IMG/VR virus record: IMGVR_UViG_3300020045_002345
Span: 1-28,766 of that record
Origin: a virus
Lineage: Duplodnaviria; Caudoviricetes
Length of the DNA stretch: 28,766 nt
Strand: one strand, 5' to 3'
In this document: positions 24,733-28,766 of the stretch, piece by piece
Position numbering within the stretch: position 1 is the first letter of the stretch
Layout of the letters: every line of letters begins with the position of its first letter
Notes under the pieces: model-generated
Database searches by the model: none
Seen by the model: only the letters and a program-made list of their open reading frames with translations
Told to the model about the DNA's origin: nothing
Position numbers and translations under genes: made by a program

Positions 24733-25137
24733 ATGGAAGATGTAAATTTAGGAGGCAGACCACCAATATACGAACCTACAGAAGAAAACTTTGTAAAGGT
24801 TAAAGAGTTGTGTGAAAGTTATTTTGATACCATAGAAAACAAACCACCATTAGTAACTGGATTGACTTTACATTTAGGATTTGAGAGTAAAAGTACCCTT
24901 TATGAATATGCTAAAAAAGATGGGTTTTCGAACTCGATAAAAAAAGCACTCACAAGGATTGAAATGTTTCACGAAACAGCTACAGCTGGTGGGGATAAAT
25001 GTGTAGGTAATATTTTTATACTTAAAAACTTTAATTGGAAGGACACGCAAGATTTAAACCACTCAGGAAACGTTGTGAATCATTCACCACCAATAAAAGT
25101 AACTATTGTTAAACCTACTGATGAAGATGACGAATGA
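24733..25137 (+). CDS. terS: Terminase small subunit (P22 gp3-like)
   Basis: GGRPPIY, P..TGL.LHLGF.S..TLY.Y, IF.LKN..W.D; directly before terL. Confidence 0.85.
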   Translation: MEDVNLGGRPPIYEPTEENFVKVKELCESYFDTIENKPPLVTGLTLHLGFESKSTLYEYAKKDGFSNSIKKALTRIEMFHETATAGGDKCVGNIFILKNFNWKDTQDLNHSGNVVNHSPPIKVTIVKPTDEDDE

Positions 25138-26530
25138 AATTGAATTTCTATCAACAAAGGTTTTTTTAGATACTTGGGAAGCTACTCAAAGCGGATTGTA
25201 TAAACTTATTGAGCAAAAAGGTAGTTCAAGAAGTTCAAAGACTTGGAGCGACTTTCAAGTTATATTTTTAGATTTGTATGAAAACCCAATGACGACTTGC
25301 ACTATTTTAAGAGATACTCAAAAAAGTTGTAGGGAGATTATAGAGATAGATTGGGTAAAGTGGTTAAGCGACCCAATGGGTAGAAAAAAAGAACTTGAAA
25401 AAAAACTTATATCAGTCCAAGAATTTGATGAGTTAATAAAAAAAGAATCACTATTAAAATACTTCTTAAGAAATAAAACAAATCACACTTGGACTTTTTT
25501 ACACAACAACTCTTTTATTCGTTTTACTGGTTTAGATGATGAAGATGATGCAATGGGTATGACACAAGATATTTGTTGGATAAACGAGCCTTATAATTTT
25601 AGTCACGAGGTTTATAAACAACTTAGTCAAAGAACATCAAAGTATATTATTTTTGATTGGAACCCAAAACAAAACCATTGGATTGATATTGAACGTAAAA
25701 AAGACAATACAATAACGTTACATTCAACATATAAAGACAATGCGTTTTGCCCAGAAGAGAGTAAAAAACAAATTGAAAGCTATCAACCAGTAGAGCAATG
25801 TGAGTTAGTTTTGCAAAATAAATTATTGTCAAGTGATGCATATAATTACAATATTGAAGAAAATAAATTACAATTTACTAAAAAAGAACTAAAAGAACTT
25901 GCAAGATGTTTGTATAATGAATTAACAGATAGTGCAAGTTTATATCATTGGCTAGTATTTGGTAAAGGAGAAAAGTCAGAAAAGCCAAATCGCATTTTCA
26001 AAGGATGGAAAACAATTAAAGAAAAAGAGTTTTATGATTTACCATATCAAAGCTATTACGCTACCGATTTTGGTTTATCCGCTCCAACTGCTAATTTAGA
26101 GTTTAAATTTGATGGTGATAAAACATTTTTCTTTCATCAAAGATTGTACAAACCGATGAATCAAATGACTGGTACATTATCAACTGAATTTGAAAACTTA
26201 AAGACTATTAAAAGTAAAGAGAATGTTTGTGATAGTGGTAATGAATTAAACAAGTCAGAAGGAACAAAACTAAAGAATAGCGGTTATAATATAATATTTG
26301 CCGAAAAAGGTCACGGAAGTATAAATGCTGGTATTGAAACAATACAGAAATGTAATATTATTTATACTGATTGTAGTGTAGAACTCGAGAATGAATATGA
26401 AAATTATTCGTGGAAAATGTATCAAGGTATTCAAATGGATGTTCCAGAAGATAACCAAAATGACCACGCTTTAGATTGTTGTAGAATGGGAGTAAGTTGG
26501 TATGTAAAAACAAGAAGATTATCAATTTAG
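25127..26530 (+). CDS. terL: Terminase large subunit (PBSX-like)
   Basis: GSSRSSKT Walker A, ICWINE Walker B, DWNP, STYKDN.F, DFG and DHALD nuclease motifs; ATG 25127 preferred. Confidence 0.92.
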   Translation: MTNEIEFLSTKVFLDTWEATQSGLYKLIEQKGSSRSSKTWSDFQVIFLDLYENPMTTCTILRDTQKSCREIIEIDWVKWLSDPMGRKKELEKKLISVQEFDELIKKESLLKYFLRNKTNHTWTFLHNNSFIRFTGLDDEDDAMGMTQDICWINEPYNFSHEVYKQLSQRTSKYIIFDWNPKQNHWIDIERKKDNTITLHSTYKDNAFCPEESKKQIESYQPVEQCELVLQNKLLSSDAYNYNIEENKLQFTKKELKELARCLYNELTDSASLYHWLVFGKGEKSEKPNRIFKGWKTIKEKEFYDLPYQSYYATDFGLSAPTANLEFKFDGDKTFFFHQRLYKPMNQMTGTLSTEFENLKTIKSKENVCDSGNELNKSEGTKLKNSGYNIIFAEKGHGSINAGIETIQKCNIIYTDCSVELENEYENYSWKMYQGIQMDVPEDNQNDHALDCCRMGVSWYVKTRRLSI

Positions 26531-26544
26531 AAAAATAATCACTA

Positions 26545-26563
26545 ATTTTTACTTAATCTAAAT
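26545..26563. promoter_or_regulatory. Fur-box-like 19-bp imperfect palindrome overlapping promoter
   Basis: atttttacttaatctaaat; near reverse complement of 11251-11269. Confidence 0.45.
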
Positions 26564-26572
26564 AATTATTTA

Positions 26573-26580
26573 TATATTTG
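26573..26580 (+). promoter_or_regulatory. Bacteroidota -7 promoter element before portal 2
   Basis: TATATTTG. Confidence 0.65.
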
Positions 26581-26640
26581 CCTAACTATGTGAAGATGCA
26601 TAGTACTATTTAGGATGAACGACAACACTAATTTAATACG

Positions 26641-26677
26641 AAAGTCTTACTTAACAAACGTTAGGTAGGACTTTTTT
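26641..26677 (+). terminator. Terminator-like hairpin in portal leader
   Basis: aaagtcttacttaac-aaac-gttaggtaggacttt plus T run, 8 nt before ATG. Confidence 0.7.
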
Positions 26678-26685
26678 ACGTTTAT

Positions 26686-27897
26686 ATGGTAACAAAATCA
26701 ATACGTTTATTTGGTAGAGAGCTTTTTCGTGTCGAACGAAATCGAGCTGGTCAATTTACCTATTCATTTTTAGATGATAATAGTGGGTTTACTAATTCTG
26801 ATAAGTATTTAGAGTTAATGTTGAATAATCCAGTATTATTAACTATTGGTTTATTGCGTTCAAGGATTTACTCTCAAATGAATATTAAGCACGTAAACGC
26901 TAAAGGTATTGAGATAGAAAATAGCCCTTATATTAATTTATTAAATACACCAAACTACTTTCAAAGTAGAGAGGATTGGTTATTTCAACAAATGTTCTTT
27001 TTGTCTGCAGTAGGTACTAATTTTGTTTATGAAATAAAACCATTTACAAACGATATACCTAAAGCTATTTATAATTTAGTTCCAAGTGAAATTGAATTTA
27101 ATAACGCTCATAAAATTGATAAGTTTATTGTAACAGATAAAGATAAAAAAGCATTTGGTGAACGAGTAATTAAATATACTTTAGATAAAAAAGTTTACGA
27201 TTTAAAATTAAACACTTTAACTCCATTATATGATTTATCAAATGGTTTAACTAATAATTCATTTTTTACAAGTCCAAGTAGATTAAAAGGAAATACTAAA
27301 GTAGTTGAGAATATTGAACAAAATCTTTTCTCTAAGAATAAAAACCTTAAGATGAGCCAAAAGTATATCGGTTTAAATAAATCAACTGGTAACGAGGCGC
27401 AAATACAAGACCCTGATAGGAAATCTATAGAAAGCAAAATTGAAGCTAATTCGTTGATATTATCAAATGCTAACGTTGATGTAAAGCATTTAGTTAGTGA
27501 TTTTAAGAAATTATATTTAGATGAGCAATTTGCTGATGATGCTAATAAATTATTGTTAGCTTACGAAATGAATAAGAATGTGCTTAACTATTTTGCTAAA
27601 GATTCAACATTTGAAAATCAAAATCAAGGTTTTATTAGTTGGATTCAAAACTCAATACAAACAAGCGCTGATAACAATATGAACTCATTATCACAACAAT
27701 GGGGTTTACTTGAAAGAGGCGAAAGATTAGTAGCTAGTTATGACCATTTACCAGTTATGCAATCGGTAATTAATGAAAAGATTAAATCATTTACTGAAAT
27801 GCAAAACGCAATTAAAATAGGTATTGAAAACGGAACAATAACACCAATAGAGGCTAAGCAAATGAGTGATGCTTTTAAATTAAAATTAAAGCTATGA
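26686..27897 (+). CDS. Portal protein (HK97-like)
   Basis: Between terL and protease; LLNTPNYFQS..W, G..F, L.PS, SPSRL, STFENQ motifs echo HK97 portal PN..Q / G.S / S...N blocks. Confidence 0.8.
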   Translation: MVTKSIRLFGRELFRVERNRAGQFTYSFLDDNSGFTNSDKYLELMLNNPVLLTIGLLRSRIYSQMNIKHVNAKGIEIENSPYINLLNTPNYFQSREDWLFQQMFFLSAVGTNFVYEIKPFTNDIPKAIYNLVPSEIEFNNAHKIDKFIVTDKDKKAFGERVIKYTLDKKVYDLKLNTLTPLYDLSNGLTNNSFFTSPSRLKGNTKVVENIEQNLFSKNKNLKMSQKYIGLNKSTGNEAQIQDPDRKSIESKIEANSLILSNANVDVKHLVSDFKKLYLDEQFADDANKLLLAYEMNKNVLNYFAKDSTFENQNQGFISWIQNSIQTSADNNMNSLSQQWGLLERGERLVASYDHLPVMQSVINEKIKSFTEMQNAIKIGIENGTITPIEAKQMSDAFKLKLKL

Positions 27898-28001
27898 GTA
27901 CGAAATTGACACCAAAGGAAATCGACGAGCAACTTAAAAAAGAAGCTTTAAAGAAGTTAGAGAAAAGAAATAAGAACAAAGATAAAGAAGTAAAGAAATG
28001 A
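27894..28001 (+). CDS. 35-aa Lys-rich peptide (not in ORF track)
   Basis: MSTKLTPKEIDEQLKKEALKKLEKRNKNKDKEVKK; ATGA overlaps on both sides. Confidence 0.55.
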   Translation: MSTKLTPKEIDEQLKKEALKKLEKRNKNKDKEVKK

Positions 28002-28766
28002 TAAAATCACACTATTTTCCAGATAAAACATATAACTCAAAAGAAGAGTTATTTAAGGATTTGAAAGATAATCTAGATTTTATCATTGATGCTAAAAAAT
28101 CACAGATTCAAAAATCTTGTGATAAAGGCGTTTCGGTTACTTGTAAGTCTTTAGATTTATTAAAATTTCAAGACCAAAATAAAGCAATTAAAATAGATGA
28201 TAACTATTATTACATTGCTGTTAACTCAACAAAAATATTAGATAGTCACGATGATTTACATTTAGATAATCTTTGGAACAAGTCAATAGCTGAGCAACAA
28301 GGGAAAAACTATTTAGTAATTGACCACGAATTGGAAGTTGACAAGGTTATAGTTAGAAAAGAGCATATTGAAATGTTTGTGGCTAAAGTTCCTTTTGCTT
28401 TATTAGGCAAGTCATACGATGGGGATACGCAAGCATTGATTTATAAAATGCCTAAATCACAAGTTAAACACCAATTAGTAAAAGAATGGTTAGATAGTGG
28501 CGATGAGATTGAGGCAAGTGTAAGGATGCAATATGTAACATTTGATTTATGTATGGATTCAAACGACCCTGATGATGCAACGGCTAAAGCTAATTATGAC
28601 AAATATTATCCGCTTATAGCAAACAAAAACGAGTTTGACTATATATATTACTTCTTTGCAATAAAAGAAGCTAAAAACGTAAGAGAATCAAGTTTAGTTG
28701 TCTTTGGTAGTAATTCTGCTACTGGACAAGTAAGTAACAATAAACAAGCCGAGAAATCACTTGAAA
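27998..28766 (+). CDS. Prohead maturation protease (HK97-type), 3'-truncated
   Basis: Open to window end: MIKSHYFPDK...LDSHDDLHLDNLWNKS...IDHE...EASVRM...RESSLVVFGSN, matching D..GD / H / S / E.S.V...N protease blocks. Confidence 0.75.
   Translation, partial: MIKSHYFPDKTYNSKEELFKDLKDNLDFIIDAKKSQIQKSCDKGVSVTCKSLDLLKFQDQNKAIKIDDNYYYIAVNSTKILDSHDDLHLDNLWNKSIAEQQGKNYLVIDHELEVDKVIVRKEHIEMFVAKVPFALLGKSYDGDTQALIYKMPKSQVKHQLVKEWLDSGDEIEASVRMQYVTFDLCMDSNDPDDATAKANYDKYYPLIANKNEFDYIYYFFAIKEAKNVRESSLVVFGSNSATGQVSNNKQAEKSLE

Noticed and set aside
3950-27932. Minus-strand ORFs from the track overlapping + genes (3950, 10605, 12459, 14614, 16936, 17061, 20218, 20931, 22656, 24079, 25647, 26270, 27195, 27738)
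   Set aside because: Antisense shadows of well-supported + strand genes, with no promoter or initiation context and no motifs
1-28766. Stop-codon reassignment, introns or inteins
   Set aside because: Large genes are intact in the standard code, TAG and TGA act as stops at coupled junctions, and terL, helicase and portals are of ordinary length

Overview
Very AT-rich tailed dsDNA phage sequence (Caudoviricetes), almost certainly infecting a Bacteroidota/Flavobacteriaceae host: repeated TAnnTTTG (-7) plus TTTG (-33) promoters, SD-less A-rich start regions and a DUF3127 SSB. Nearly all genes are on the + strand and use the standard code. Order: 3' part of a major capsid gene, tail-tube-like gene, a two-gene minus-strand moron, portal-MuF-like gene, connector, tube paralog, fibre/lectin genes (1-6.6 kb); lysis cassette (holin-like genes, GH19 endolysin, u-spanin) interrupted by a phosphoesterase/Nmad1-like/membrane cassette (6.6-11.2 kb); about 30 small early genes including a beta-barrel OMP (11.3-17.7 kb); HNH, ERF, SSB, initiator, primase-helicase, DUF1367, NinG (17.8-24.4 kb); terS, terL, a SECOND unrelated-looking portal and an HK97-type prohead protease running off the end. 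No integrase, tRNA, CRISPR or tape measure was recognised. Most notable observations: two head modules on one contig; a stand-alone ~55-nt sRNA antisense to the AAATTATGAAAAA start-codon context; four Fur-box-like 19-mers in front of promoters; two kissing-loop attenuator-like leaders with different loop sequences. All family assignments come from motifs recognised by eye; no searches were run.
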